Below, in pieces: positions 50,973 through 59,912 of a DNA stretch of 64,000 bases; position 1 is the first letter of the stretch; every line of letters begins with the position of its first letter. The notes below the pieces were generated by a model. The model was not told the origin of the DNA. It ran no database searches and was given only the letters and a program-made list of their open reading frames with translations. Both the position numbers and the translations under genes were made by a program. This DNA is from a virus (lineage: Duplodnaviria > Caudoviricetes): positions 32,001-96,000 of IMG/VR virus record IMGVR_UViG_3300027374_000478, one strand, 5' to 3'.

Positions 50973-51536
50973 ATGGCATATATTTTGCAAAAAGACGCTT
51001 ATTATTGCTATCTGGATGGCAAACATACAATATGTAAAACACAAAACCTAAATTTGGCAACAAGGTTTGAAACACAAGGTAGTGCCAGAGCTATGCTAAA
51101 TAAAGCGACAAAGAAATTGAAAGACTATAAGATTGTTGATATGGAAACCATGCAACAGGTAGGAGATATTCATAAAATTAAGCGCAAACAATTTTCGTCA
51201 GAGGAAAGAATTAAAATTTATAATAAGGGTAAAGGGAGATGTGCAATATGCGGAAAATTTATTCCATATGACAGTTTTACAGTCGATCATATTGTTCCTT
51301 TAGCAAAAGGTGGAACTAATGCAATGGATAATCTTCAAGTTGCCTGTAGCGTATGTAATCTTATTAAACAGGATATTTTACCAGAAGATTTAATGAAGAA
51401 ATTAACGGAAATTATCTTATATCAAATGAAGAAATCATATGATGATGACTTATGGAAAAAATTATATTACATAAGGCGATTGAAACAGAAAAATAGATTT
51501 TTAATAGTAATGAGAAGAATTTTAAAACAGACTTGA
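50973..51536 (+). CDS. HNH endonuclease (McrA-like)
   Basis: CAICG...TVDHIVPLAKGGTN..DNLQVACSVCN. Confidence 0.9.
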   Translation: MAYILQKDAYYCYLDGKHTICKTQNLNLATRFETQGSARAMLNKATKKLKDYKIVDMETMQQVGDIHKIKRKQFSSEERIKIYNKGKGRCAICGKFIPYDSFTVDHIVPLAKGGTNAMDNLQVACSVCNLIKQDILPEDLMKKLTEIILYQMKKSYDDDLWKKLYYIRRLKQKNRFLIVMRRILKQT

Positions 51537-51571
51537 AATCATCGTTTCAACTTGTGATACATAGTTGCACA

Positions 51572-51618
51572 GAATATTGTACAAAATATTGACAATACTA
51601 AGAATATAGAATATACTA
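51572..51618 (+). promoter_or_regulatory. TA promoter with TGTACA operator
   Basis: TTGACA...TATACT; AATATTGTACAAAATATT near-palindrome typical of YefM operators. Confidence 0.6.
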
Positions 51619-51639
51619 TATTCAAAGGAGTGTGATTGT

Positions 51640-51891
51640 ATGATAGCAACAAATTTTTCAAATGTAAGGAATAACTTCAAAGAAGTTTGCGATCGGGTTG
51701 TACATGATTCTGATATCGCAATAATTACGAGAAAAAACGATGAAAATGTTGTGCTTATGTCTCAGGCACAGTATGATAATCTGATGGAAAATCTTCATAT
51801 AAGGGAAAGTAAAGCGAATTATGAGTGGTTGAAAGAGTCTATCAAGCAAGCTGAAGATGGAAAACTTGTAAGTTTTGATGTGGAGGATTAG
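51640..51891 (+). CDS. yefM: YefM/Phd antitoxin
   Basis: NFSNVRNNFKEVCDRV...IITRK..ENVVLMS. Confidence 0.9.
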   Translation: MIATNFSNVRNNFKEVCDRVVHDSDIAIITRKNDENVVLMSQAQYDNLMENLHIRESKANYEWLKESIKQAEDGKLVSFDVED

Positions 51892-51894
51892 TCT

Positions 51895-52149
51895 ATGAAT
51901 GTATCTTTCACGGAAAATGCTTGGGAGGATTATCTTTATTGGCAGAAGATGGACAAGAAAATTGTAAAAAGAATAAATGAATTGATTAAAGATATAAAGA
52001 GAAATCCATTTGAGGGACTTGGAAAGCCAGAACCGCTAAAATACGATTTAGCTGGAAAGTGGAGTAGAAGAATAACGGATGAACATAGGTTAGTGTATCA
52101 AGTGGAAGGAAATAATTTGATTGTGTATACATGTAGATATCATTATTGA
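51895..52149 (+). CDS. yoeB: YoeB/Txe toxin
   Basis: AWEDYLYWQ...GLGKPEPLKYDLAGKWSRRITDEHRLVY...CRYHY. Confidence 0.95.
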   Translation: MNVSFTENAWEDYLYWQKMDKKIVKRINELIKDIKRNPFEGLGKPEPLKYDLAGKWSRRITDEHRLVYQVEGNNLIVYTCRYHY

Positions 52150-52249
52150 TAGTTTAGAGTGTGTTGAGAAGCATTGACGGAAACGTTAGTGCTTTTCTTT
52201 TTGAATGTAGAAGTATAATGTAGAAAAACATAGAAAGGATGGATTTATT

Positions 52250-53245
52250 ATGTGTTATAAGGATGAAATTCAGAAGAAAAATGCGGAAAAATTACAAAGG
52301 AAAATGAATGAAGACAATATACCAATGTTCATACAGTTATATCTTTTAAACAGAAAAAGTAAATTAGGTGCATTAAATTATTATTCTGTTATTAAAAATT
52401 TGTTACGATGGATGATAGATAAAAGGCTGATTCAAAAGAATAGTATATCAGAAATTACACCGCCAGATATGGAATATATAGAGTCAGCTTATATAAATAT
52501 GTATTTAGAAGAAAAACAAAATGAAGGAATATCGCCGACAACATTGAACACAAGGAAAAACATTTTTAGAAGTTTTTGGAAGTCTATGGTTAATTCTCCT
52601 AGTGTACCTGTAAAATGTAACATTATTGAAGATGTAGCATATGAAGGTTTGGATTCTGGATATAATCGCTATGTTAAAATGCCATCAAAGGACGATCTGG
52701 AAGAAATGAGGAAAAATATTAATCAGAAAAAGAAGAATGACCGTTTTGTAAGGGACAGGAACCTGCTTATACTTACAATCCTGATGAATACAGGTTTGAG
52801 GGCATGTGAACTTATAGAATTAGAATTTTCTTCATTATTCTTAGATGGAAACGAAATAGAAAAAACGCCACATATCAGAGTAATGGGAAAAGGGGTATAT
52901 TATTCTGCACTAGGAAGAAATATTTTGCTTAATCTTACCGCAAAAGATGCATTTTTGAAATGGCTTGAAGTCAGAAATACAATAAATGTCATAGATGACA
53001 GAGCTATTTTCTTAAATAAGACAGGGAAAAGAATGCAAGAGTCTGACTTGAGAGCAATGTTTTTTGTATATAGTGGTAAAAAACTTACTCCACATATGAT
53101 CAGGCATTGGTATGGAACTGTAATAACAGAAAAATATGGAGTTGCATTCGCACAGCAACAGTTAGGGCATAAGAATGTGAATGTCACAGTAAATACTTAT
53201 GTAGATGGGGGATATGGTATTAGAGAAAAACTAGCACTAGAATAG
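52250..53245 (+). CDS. tyrosine recombinase inside the palindrome array
   Basis: TGLRACEL (R), MGKG (K), HMIRH (HxxR), QLGH, NTY (Y); catalytic set intact. Confidence 0.9.
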   Translation: MCYKDEIQKKNAEKLQRKMNEDNIPMFIQLYLLNRKSKLGALNYYSVIKNLLRWMIDKRLIQKNSISEITPPDMEYIESAYINMYLEEKQNEGISPTTLNTRKNIFRSFWKSMVNSPSVPVKCNIIEDVAYEGLDSGYNRYVKMPSKDDLEEMRKNINQKKKNDRFVRDRNLLILTILMNTGLRACELIELEFSSLFLDGNEIEKTPHIRVMGKGVYYSALGRNILLNLTAKDAFLKWLEVRNTINVIDDRAIFLNKTGKRMQESDLRAMFFVYSGKKLTPHMIRHWYGTVITEKYGVAFAQQQLGHKNVNVTVNTYVDGGYGIREKLALE

Positions 53246-53282
53246 AAAATGTATGGTATAATGGGAAGTGGGTGAAACATAG

Positions 53283-53513
53283 ATGAATATTGCAACATAT
53301 CAAACAACACCAGAAAAGCATGGAGATGGAACATTTTTCTTTACAGATTGTGGACACAATATGTATTCTATAAGAGATATTATGGCGTATCATGGTTGCT
53401 TGTGTCCTGGCTGTTTCTGAAAAGGGATATATACAACATTGTATATTAGAGGTTCCGAAGAAGCAAATAAGTATTGGAATGAGAAACGCAAGAAAATGGA
53501 AATGAATGATTGA
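53283..53513 (+). pseudogene. decayed small Cys-containing gene
   Basis: In-frame TGA at 53418 plus an apparent frameshift; ends inside palindrome 53503. Confidence 0.45.
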
Positions 53514-53537
53514 TTTTATTGGAACGGAGGAAATATT

Positions 53538-54233
53538 ATGAATGATTATAAAGTAGAAAATACGCAATTTGGAACAAAAACAAGTCATCCGAGTTACGGA
53601 ACGTTGGCTTTTGGTAGAAGAACTGGTGGGAGAGGTACGTCTTTATTTGGAAGTAGTATAGAACATAGAGACACAATTGCAATGACTTTGTATCATGCAG
53701 ATATTACAAGAGGATTGCATTATGATTCTATTTATGGCGATAAAAAAATTGTAGAAGTAGAAATGAGTTATTCACAATTTGCTGAAGCTATTACATCTAT
53801 GAATATGGGGAGTGGTGTTCCTGTTACTGTACGTTGGACAGAAAGAGATGGACGTATACCAGATTGTGATTTTATTAGTAAGAGAGAACAATTTGCTGAT
53901 GAGTTTAAAGAAAAAAGAAAAGAAGTGACTATGGAATCACAGCAAATTATTAAAGATGTAACAGAATTATTTAATCAAAAGAAAACACTTACTAAATCAG
54001 ATAAGCAGGAAATTCTCAGTAAATTGAATAAACTGAGTATGGAAATCGGGTGTAATATGGATTTTATTGCAGATCAATTTAATGAACAAATGGATAAGAC
54101 GGTAATGGAAGCAAAAGGTGAGATTGAATCTTTCTGCCAGAATAAAATTAATTCCATTGCAAGTGCAGCTTTAGTAGAACATAGAGATGATTTTTTAAAG
54201 TTGGAAAATCCTGTTGATATTAACATGGAATAA
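53538..54233 (+). CDS. conserved hypothetical phage protein
   Basis: 231 aa; bounded by palindromes 53503/54239. Confidence 0.75.
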   Translation: MNDYKVENTQFGTKTSHPSYGTLAFGRRTGGRGTSLFGSSIEHRDTIAMTLYHADITRGLHYDSIYGDKKIVEVEMSYSQFAEAITSMNMGSGVPVTVRWTERDGRIPDCDFISKREQFADEFKEKRKEVTMESQQIIKDVTELFNQKKTLTKSDKQEILSKLNKLSMEIGCNMDFIADQFNEQMDKTVMEAKGEIESFCQNKINSIASAALVEHRDDFLKLENPVDINME

Positions 54234-54270
54234 GCAGTTGAATACTTGATTTTATTGGAGGATTAAAACT

Positions 54271-54621
54271 ATGAGTAAATTAAGAGTGTGGTGGATTCCG
54301 CAAGTGGGAATAAAGGAGACTTTCTATATACCAGTTAATAGTGTAGAAGAAGGTAAAAAGATGATAGATGTATTGGCAGCTTATGATGCGTTTCAGTATC
54401 AAAATAGAGTTAAGCCAGATTATTGTAATGTTGGTGGTTTGCAGATGTTTGACGAATTGGAAGGCGAGTGGAATGATTGGTATTTAGAAACAGGTGATGA
54501 TTATTTTGATGACGTAGATAAGTATTGTGAATCTGATAGTTGTGCTCAGAAGGAAGAGTTAGAATTATTTAGTAATAGTGTTATGGGACAGGTTGATTGG
54601 AAAGAAGTTATGACACGATGA
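54271..54621 (+). CDS. P22 gp17-like (superinfection exclusion-related) protein
   Basis: KLRVWWIPQV...F.IPV.SVEEG....DVLAAYD.FQY.NRVKPDYCNVGGLQ. Confidence 0.75.
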   Translation: MSKLRVWWIPQVGIKETFYIPVNSVEEGKKMIDVLAAYDAFQYQNRVKPDYCNVGGLQMFDELEGEWNDWYLETGDDYFDDVDKYCESDSCAQKEELELFSNSVMGQVDWKEVMTR

Positions 54622-54655
54622 ATGTCTGATTTTATTTAGTAGTATGGAGGTATAT

Positions 54656-54874
54656 ATGGTAGACAACAATAATGTTTTTTATAGTAAAACTCATGAAGAA
54701 TTAATCTTATTATTTGAGCAGTTTTTAGAATCTGAGAAAACGGGTTCAATTCCAAATAATGAGTTAGGAAAAATGCGTGATGCGTACTTTGATAAATTGG
54801 GTGTTGGATGGCATACAGTATGTATGATTGATTTATTGAGAACAATTGCTTTTAGATGGGCAGAAAATATTTAG
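54656..54874 (+). CDS. hypothetical protein
   Basis: GGAGG SD. Confidence 0.6.
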   Translation: MVDNNNVFYSKTHEELILLFEQFLESEKTGSIPNNELGKMRDAYFDKLGVGWHTVCMIDLLRTIAFRWAENI

Positions 54875-54887
54875 GAGATTACACGAT

Positions 54888-55049
54888 ATGATCACTTGGA
54901 AATGTTTATATAAATTAGACAAAGAAGAATTGGCAGGAATAGTAAATGATATCAAGAACGGTGAAAGTTATACTGTTTCTGGATGGGAAGATACATATCC
55001 AACAGATAATGATATTTTGAAATATGCTACCGGATGTGGTGTGAGGTGA
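54888..55049 (+). CDS. small hypothetical protein
   Basis: AGGAG SD. Confidence 0.5.
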   Translation: MITWKCLYKLDKEELAGIVNDIKNGESYTVSGWEDTYPTDNDILKYATGCGVR

Positions 55050-55053
55050 TTGT

Positions 55054-55281
55054 ATGAAATGTGAATGGAGATATTTTATAGTTCTCAATAATGATAAAGA
55101 GGATATTGTAGAGGGTAGAGAAGTTCCTGGTGATGGTATTCCGGTGTGTAATGATTTTATGGTGGCAAAATATTTTCTTAGTACAGAAGAGTTAGTAGAA
55201 TGGACAAAGGAAAATACGTCATTGGTTTTGGAAGATGGAGAATATCACATAGAAGGGCATTATTTACCTTGTAATGTATAG
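55054..55281 (+). CDS. hypothetical protein
   Basis: GAGGTGA SD. Confidence 0.6.
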   Translation: MKCEWRYFIVLNNDKEDIVEGREVPGDGIPVCNDFMVAKYFLSTEELVEWTKENTSLVLEDGEYHIEGHYLPCNV

Positions 55282-55297
55282 ATTGGAGGACATAAGC

Positions 55298-55678
55298 ATG
55301 GATAAAAAATTCAAACATGGCGATAGAGTTTATCACAGAAATTTAAAACAGTATGGTACTTTTGTTGATTATGCATGGGAAACTGAAGAAGAATGTGATG
55401 TTGAATTTGAAGCCGAAGATGGATATATAGAACAGAAACATGTCAGTGTGAATTGGTTGGAACCAGCACAGAAGACATATAATAAGAAAGTTATGGAAGC
55501 CCTTAGGCAGCGTAGAGGATTAAAACCTGGCGATGCGTCACAAGATAGTGATATTATGAGTATGGCGAAACAGGATGTGTTTAATGAATATTGTGAGTGG
55601 GAAGGATTGCTTGGTGGGTACGGATACTCATTGCTAAATGTTGTGGAAAATATTTATGATATAAATTTGCAACAGTAA
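55298..55678 (+). CDS. hypothetical protein (SH3/KOW-like N-terminus)
   Basis: FKHGDRVYH...YGTFV. Confidence 0.6.
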   Translation: MDKKFKHGDRVYHRNLKQYGTFVDYAWETEEECDVEFEAEDGYIEQKHVSVNWLEPAQKTYNKKVMEALRQRRGLKPGDASQDSDIMSMAKQDVFNEYCEWEGLLGGYGYSLLNVVENIYDINLQQ

Positions 55679-55699
55679 ATTTTTAGATTGGAGGATATC

Positions 55700-56068
55700 A
55701 TGCTTGATGTTGGATTAGATAATGGTAAATATACTTCGTGTTTAAATTGTAACGAGAAGCAAGATGAATATAGAAAAATATATTCAATTACTATAGGAAA
55801 TTTGAATCCATTAAAAATAAATTTATGTACCGAATGCATGGGCGTGTTGGTTTCTAAAATGACATATGCGTTTAATATGGAATTTCCAAATAATGATAAG
55901 ACAGATTACGATACTGAATTGGAAATTGAAAGCAAATTAAGAATTTTACTTAATAAGAAAATTTCTGGAACTTGGAATGAAGATTGTCAAAAGGAATTAG
56001 ATTCTCTTAACGAAGAAAAAATGTGCAATTCTCATAGATTGCTTTATAGAGATGTTTGTAATTGGTAA
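55700..56068 (+). CDS. Zn-finger hypothetical protein
   Basis: CLNC...LCTEC. Confidence 0.6.
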   Translation: MLDVGLDNGKYTSCLNCNEKQDEYRKIYSITIGNLNPLKINLCTECMGVLVSKMTYAFNMEFPNNDKTDYDTELEIESKLRILLNKKISGTWNEDCQKELDSLNEEKMCNSHRLLYRDVCNW

Positions 56069-56118
56069 ATGATAGTCTTGAAATCCGGTTTTCATGGCAA
56101 AAAATTGGAGGTAAACAG

Positions 56119-56430
56119 ATGGAACCATACGCAATTATATATGAAACTAGAAACATAACACAATTAGAGATAGAAAGACATCTTGAAGATTATTTGATGG
56201 AATGTGAAAAGGATTGTGTGCCAGGAGATATAATTGATAATAAAATCATAATGGGATGTGGAAGGATAGAAGATGAAGGTTTTAAAAAAGGACATAAAGT
56301 TATTGCAATTCCATTGGATTTAATACAAGACATAGAAACGAGTAATCAGGATTTGGAGGAGTATGGATTTGAAGCAATTAATATTATTCCCTTTCGTGGC
56401 AAGAGATATAGAAATAGGAATCCATATTAA
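56119..56430 (+). CDS. hypothetical protein
   Basis: GGAGG SD after palindrome 56079. Confidence 0.6.
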   Translation: MEPYAIIYETRNITQLEIERHLEDYLMECEKDCVPGDIIDNKIIMGCGRIEDEGFKKGHKVIAIPLDLIQDIETSNQDLEEYGFEAINIIPFRGKRYRNRNPY

Positions 56431-56438
56431 TTAGGCAG

Positions 56439-56867
56439 GTGACGAATATGAAAATTATCCGCTATTCAGTAGTAGCATTTGAACCAAAGGAACAGACACA
56501 TCATGCAAAACATATCCAGTATCATCTATATGATTTTGATATAGAAAAATTTCCAGAATTTGCGAGGTGGCAGATTCAGTGTATCCATGAGCAAAAGGTG
56601 GTTTTCTATAAAGAACACTTGGAAGATTTTAAACGTGGTATTTGGTGTTTTGTGGATGGACATAAGAGCAATCAATCATTGAATCATCTGAAGAAGAAAG
56701 TTCCATGTTGGGAAGCTGATGTTCCTGATGACATTGAGTGTTATGATTGCAATTGGGAGAAGTTGATAACTATTTCTGACTCTACTGTATTATGGGGAGG
56801 GTGCTATATTCCTGAGAGGGAAATGTGGAAAATCAGAAATGTTAGGAGAAGAAGGAAAACTGCATAA
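56439..56867 (+). CDS. hypothetical protein
   Basis: 142 aa ORF. Confidence 0.65.
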   Translation: MTNMKIIRYSVVAFEPKEQTHHAKHIQYHLYDFDIEKFPEFARWQIQCIHEQKVVFYKEHLEDFKRGIWCFVDGHKSNQSLNHLKKKVPCWEADVPDDIECYDCNWEKLITISDSTVLWGGCYIPEREMWKIRNVRRRRKTA

Positions 56868-56890
56868 TTATAATATTGGAGGTTAATAAC

Positions 56891-57046
56891 ATGAAAACAA
56901 TTTGGTATGCTGTAGTTGATTCAATAGAAGTTCCAGATGATATGAGCGATCATGAAATCGATAATAAAATCAATAAAATAGCTGATGGTAAGGAAGTTAT
57001 GTGGTCAGAAAAAGACGATCTTATTGATATTCGTCAATGGGATTAA
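56891..57046 (+). CDS. small hypothetical protein (paralog of 57350)
   Basis: IEVPDDMSDHEI...GKEVMW. Confidence 0.6.
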   Translation: MKTIWYAVVDSIEVPDDMSDHEIDNKINKIADGKEVMWSEKDDLIDIRQWD

Positions 57047-57084
57047 AAATGCCAATAGAATGTTGCTTTCAATAGGAGGATAAA

Positions 57085-57318
57085 ATGGATATAGATAATA
57101 TTATGGACATTGAAGTTTTGCGAGAAGCTGCCAAATATGGTAGAGTAAAGATGAAAAAAGATTGTTATTCAACTGACGGGCATATATTTATATTTAAAAA
57201 AGATATGTGGTATCATGTGGATCAAGATGAATCTGGCGTTACAATCACATCAGATGATAATGAACATTACTGTGATTTATCTTATGAAAAATCTGATAGA
57301 TATTTGTATAAAGATTAA
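57085..57318 (+). CDS. hypothetical protein
   Basis: Bounded by palindromes 57056/57320. Confidence 0.65.
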   Translation: MDIDNIMDIEVLREAAKYGRVKMKKDCYSTDGHIFIFKKDMWYHVDQDESGVTITSDDNEHYCDLSYEKSDRYLYKD

Positions 57319-57349
57319 ATGAAATGCTGTTTCTAAGTGGAGGTTTTGA

Positions 57350-57517
57350 ATGTTTAATAAAAATGGGAAAAGAGTAATTCAAGTTGCGATTAAACATATT
57401 ATTGAATTGCCAGGAAATATTTCAGATGATGAAATTGAGAAGTTTTTAGAAGAAAAGTATAAGGGAAAAGAATATCAATGGTGTGACGGAGATCAAGATG
57501 TTTTTGGTGATTTTTAG
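57350..57517 (+). CDS. small hypothetical protein (paralog of 56891)
   Basis: IELPGNISDDEI...GKEYQW; bounded by 57320/57521. Confidence 0.6.
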   Translation: MFNKNGKRVIQVAIKHIIELPGNISDDEIEKFLEEKYKGKEYQWCDGDQDVFGDF

Positions 57518-57555
57518 CAATGAAAGGCTGGATTCAAGGGTATTTAGGAGGGATA

Positions 57556-57810
57556 TTGTTGAAATCTGAAGGCGTAAAAGATGTATTCAAATGGTTAGAT
57601 AAAAAATGCAAAGAACAAAAAAATGTTGTTGAAAAAGCTGAACAGAATTTTCAAGATACGAAACGAAGTTGTTATTTTGAAGATGAACAATGTTTGATAG
57701 ATTCAGCGGAAATTGAATTGGAACGAGCGAAGGAAAGACTAAATGCGTATGTAGATATAAAGATTAGTGTAGAGAAATATATGCGAAAATTAAGACATCA
57801 AGGAGAGTAG
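57556..57810 (+). CDS. coiled-coil hypothetical protein
   Basis: Bounded by 57521/57816. Confidence 0.6.
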   Translation: MLKSEGVKDVFKWLDKKCKEQKNVVEKAEQNFQDTKRSCYFEDEQCLIDSAEIELERAKERLNAYVDIKISVEKYMRKLRHQGE

Positions 57811-57853
57811 AGCATTGAAATTCTAGTTTTGTGGTATAGGTAGGGATAATATT

Positions 57854-58387
57854 ATGGAGAAGATAGCGAGGTTTAAGGATATTCCGCAGTTTACGACAAG
57901 TGGTAATTGGCAGTGCGATTTTGAACCTGTTGGTTTGATAAAATTTATAGATGAACAAGTATCCGAAGAAGGATTACAACTTAATCCTAAGTTTCAAAGA
58001 GGACACGTCTGGTCAAGTAAACAGCAAATAGCATACATTGAATATTTTTTGAAAGGTGGAAAATCTGGAACAGTAATTTATTTAAATAAACCTGATTGGA
58101 ATATTAATATGCCAGTTGGCGAATATAATGAATTTGTATGTGTTGATGGTTTGCAACGTATTACAGCATTTCGGAGATTTATAAACAATGAAATTAAAAT
58201 ATTTGATTCGTATTTTAGAGAATATACTGATAAATTGCGAATGAAATTTACAATTAAGGTTAATATAAATGATTTGAAATCAGAAAAAGAAGTGTTACAA
58301 TGGTATGTGGATATGAATGCTGGCGGAACACCACATACAAGTGGTGAGATTGAAAAAGTAAGAAAAATGATTCAAGAACTTGGATAA
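57854..58387 (+). CDS. stand-alone DUF262 domain protein
   Basis: LNPKFQRGHVW...VDGLQR...MNAGGTP. Confidence 0.85.
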   Translation: MEKIARFKDIPQFTTSGNWQCDFEPVGLIKFIDEQVSEEGLQLNPKFQRGHVWSSKQQIAYIEYFLKGGKSGTVIYLNKPDWNINMPVGEYNEFVCVDGLQRITAFRRFINNEIKIFDSYFREYTDKLRMKFTIKVNINDLKSEKEVLQWYVDMNAGGTPHTSGEIEKVRKMIQELG

Positions 58388-58412
58388 TTAATGATATATG
58401 CGAGGTGCAGAT

Positions 58413-59153
58413 ATGAATAATCTTACGAATAAAGAGTTTTTATATTTCCTTTTAGAAAGATTCAAAATAGAAAGACAAAAATTCGATAGATCTGGTGTGT
58501 ACGCATATACACAACGTTTACTTGCTTATAACTCAAATAAGATTGAGGGCAGTACACTTACTGAGGAACAAACGTCTTCGTTATTTGACAACGGCACTTT
58601 GCCAAAATCAGATGATTATTATAGGGCAAAAGATATAGAAGAAATGAATGGTCATTTTCTCATGTTCAATAAAATGTTGGATACACTGGATGAACCGTTA
58701 TCACAGGAATTGATAAAACAATTTCATTATGAATTAAAGTCAGGTGTATTTGAGGATCGTGCTAACGGATATGCAATCGGTGATTATAAGCAGCGTCCTA
58801 ATATGATTGGAATGTATCAAACTGTAAGACCAGAAGATATTGCCCAAGAAATGTATTTACTAATGGACTGGTATGATGGTCAGGCGATAAATATTTCTGT
58901 ATTAGCCGAGTTCCATGCAAGATACGAGAGCATTCATCCTTTCCAAGACGGGAACGGTAGGACAGGAAGATTGATTCTCTTTAGGGAATGCTTGAAAAAT
59001 GGTGTTGTGCCGGTTGTGATTGAAGATGCAAATAGAAATGAGTATCTGGAAGCGTTGAAAGAATATAGAGAAGAAAAAAGTCTGGATAAATTGATTACAC
59101 TTTTTGAAAAAGAACAGCAGTTTTATTTTGAGAAGTGCAAATATTTTATGTAG
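58413..59153 (+). CDS. Fic family protein
   Basis: HPFQDGNGRTGR; N-terminal SNKIEG autoinhibitory-type motif. Confidence 0.92.
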   Translation: MNNLTNKEFLYFLLERFKIERQKFDRSGVYAYTQRLLAYNSNKIEGSTLTEEQTSSLFDNGTLPKSDDYYRAKDIEEMNGHFLMFNKMLDTLDEPLSQELIKQFHYELKSGVFEDRANGYAIGDYKQRPNMIGMYQTVRPEDIAQEMYLLMDWYDGQAINISVLAEFHARYESIHPFQDGNGRTGRLILFRECLKNGVVPVVIEDANRNEYLEALKEYREEKSLDKLITLFEKEQQFYFEKCKYFM

Positions 59154-59188
59154 GATTTGGATGTTGTTCAGCTTCAATGGGAGGTAAA

Positions 59189-59452
59189 ATGATAAAGTAT
59201 TCTGTTATTTTTAAAGATTATAAGATTGATAAAATTGAACCATATGAAATTCTTTTAAAACGATATTCATCATTAAAGGAATATGTGGAACATGAAGTTG
59301 GTGAAAATAGTTGGAATTATGTTTCCAAAATATATGCTATGCATGAAAGCATAGTTGGTATTTTTAAAACATATGAAGTGATAAATTGGGAAACTTTAGA
59401 GGAAGGTAATAGCTATGTTTATACTGATATGTATGGGAATTTGATTAAATAA
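59189..59452 (+). CDS. hypothetical protein
   Basis: GGAGG SD; TAA is part of palindrome 59450. Confidence 0.6.
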   Translation: MIKYSVIFKDYKIDKIEPYEILLKRYSSLKEYVEHEVGENSWNYVSKIYAMHESIVGIFKTYEVINWETLEEGNSYVYTDMYGNLIK

Positions 59453-59483
59453 AAGTGAAATTTTAAGTGTGGAGGAATTATAT

Positions 59484-59642
59484 TTGCTTAGCGTTCAAAA
59501 TATAGAAGAGATATTAGATTATTTAAAGAAAGAACAAAAGACACATCAAAATAATTATGACTTTGTACACGAAGATGCTTTATTACAGGGATATGAAATG
59601 GCGATAGAAGATCTTGAAAAATATTATGAGAAAATAAAGTAA
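59484..59642 (+). CDS. small hypothetical protein
   Basis: GGAGG SD + TTG; followed by a terminator hairpin. Confidence 0.5.
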   Translation: MLSVQNIEEILDYLKKEQKTHQNNYDFVHEDALLQGYEMAIEDLEKYYEKIK

Positions 59643-59655
59643 CTATTTAAAGGCA

Positions 59656-59690
59656 AAAGCGATACTGAACACTGTATCGCTTTTATCTTA
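59656..59690 (+). terminator. intrinsic terminator
   Basis: AAAAGCGATAC/GTATCGCTTTT. Confidence 0.7.
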
Positions 59691-59912
59691 TTTTAGAAAC
59701 CATAATTCTATTGTATATGATAAAAATATAACATAGAAAAAGCCTTATTTCTATGCAAAAAATATGGAAGACTTGGATAAAACTGTAAATTAGCTATCAA
59801 ATCAAAAAAATAAAAAACATAGGAAAATAGGCATTTTTTTAACACATCATATACAATAGAATTATGGTTTTATTTACATAAGATTTATTGAATTGTTATT
59901 TTATAATTAGGA

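Larger units (their letters stand above)
35461..59465. repeat. dispersed palindrome T(G/A)AAA-N6-TTT(C/T)A at gene boundaries (~25 copies)
   Basis: Starts at 35461, 35880, 36149, 39697, 40255, 41128, 42093 (N5), 43461, 45222, 45416, 45780, 46375, 47784, 47987, 48366, 51534, 53503, 54239, 54619, 56079, 57056, 57320, 57521, 57816, 59450. Confidence 0.85.

Noticed and set aside
29676-53513. Stop-codon reassignment suggested by in-frame stops
   Set aside because: The interruptions use TAA, TAG and TGA inconsistently, all three terminate normal genes, and no suppressor tRNA is present.
35461-59465. CRISPR array or classical integron attC sites
   Set aside because: Spacers are whole genes, the repeats are short and degenerate, there are no cas genes, and there are no long attC hairpins with GTTRRRY ends.
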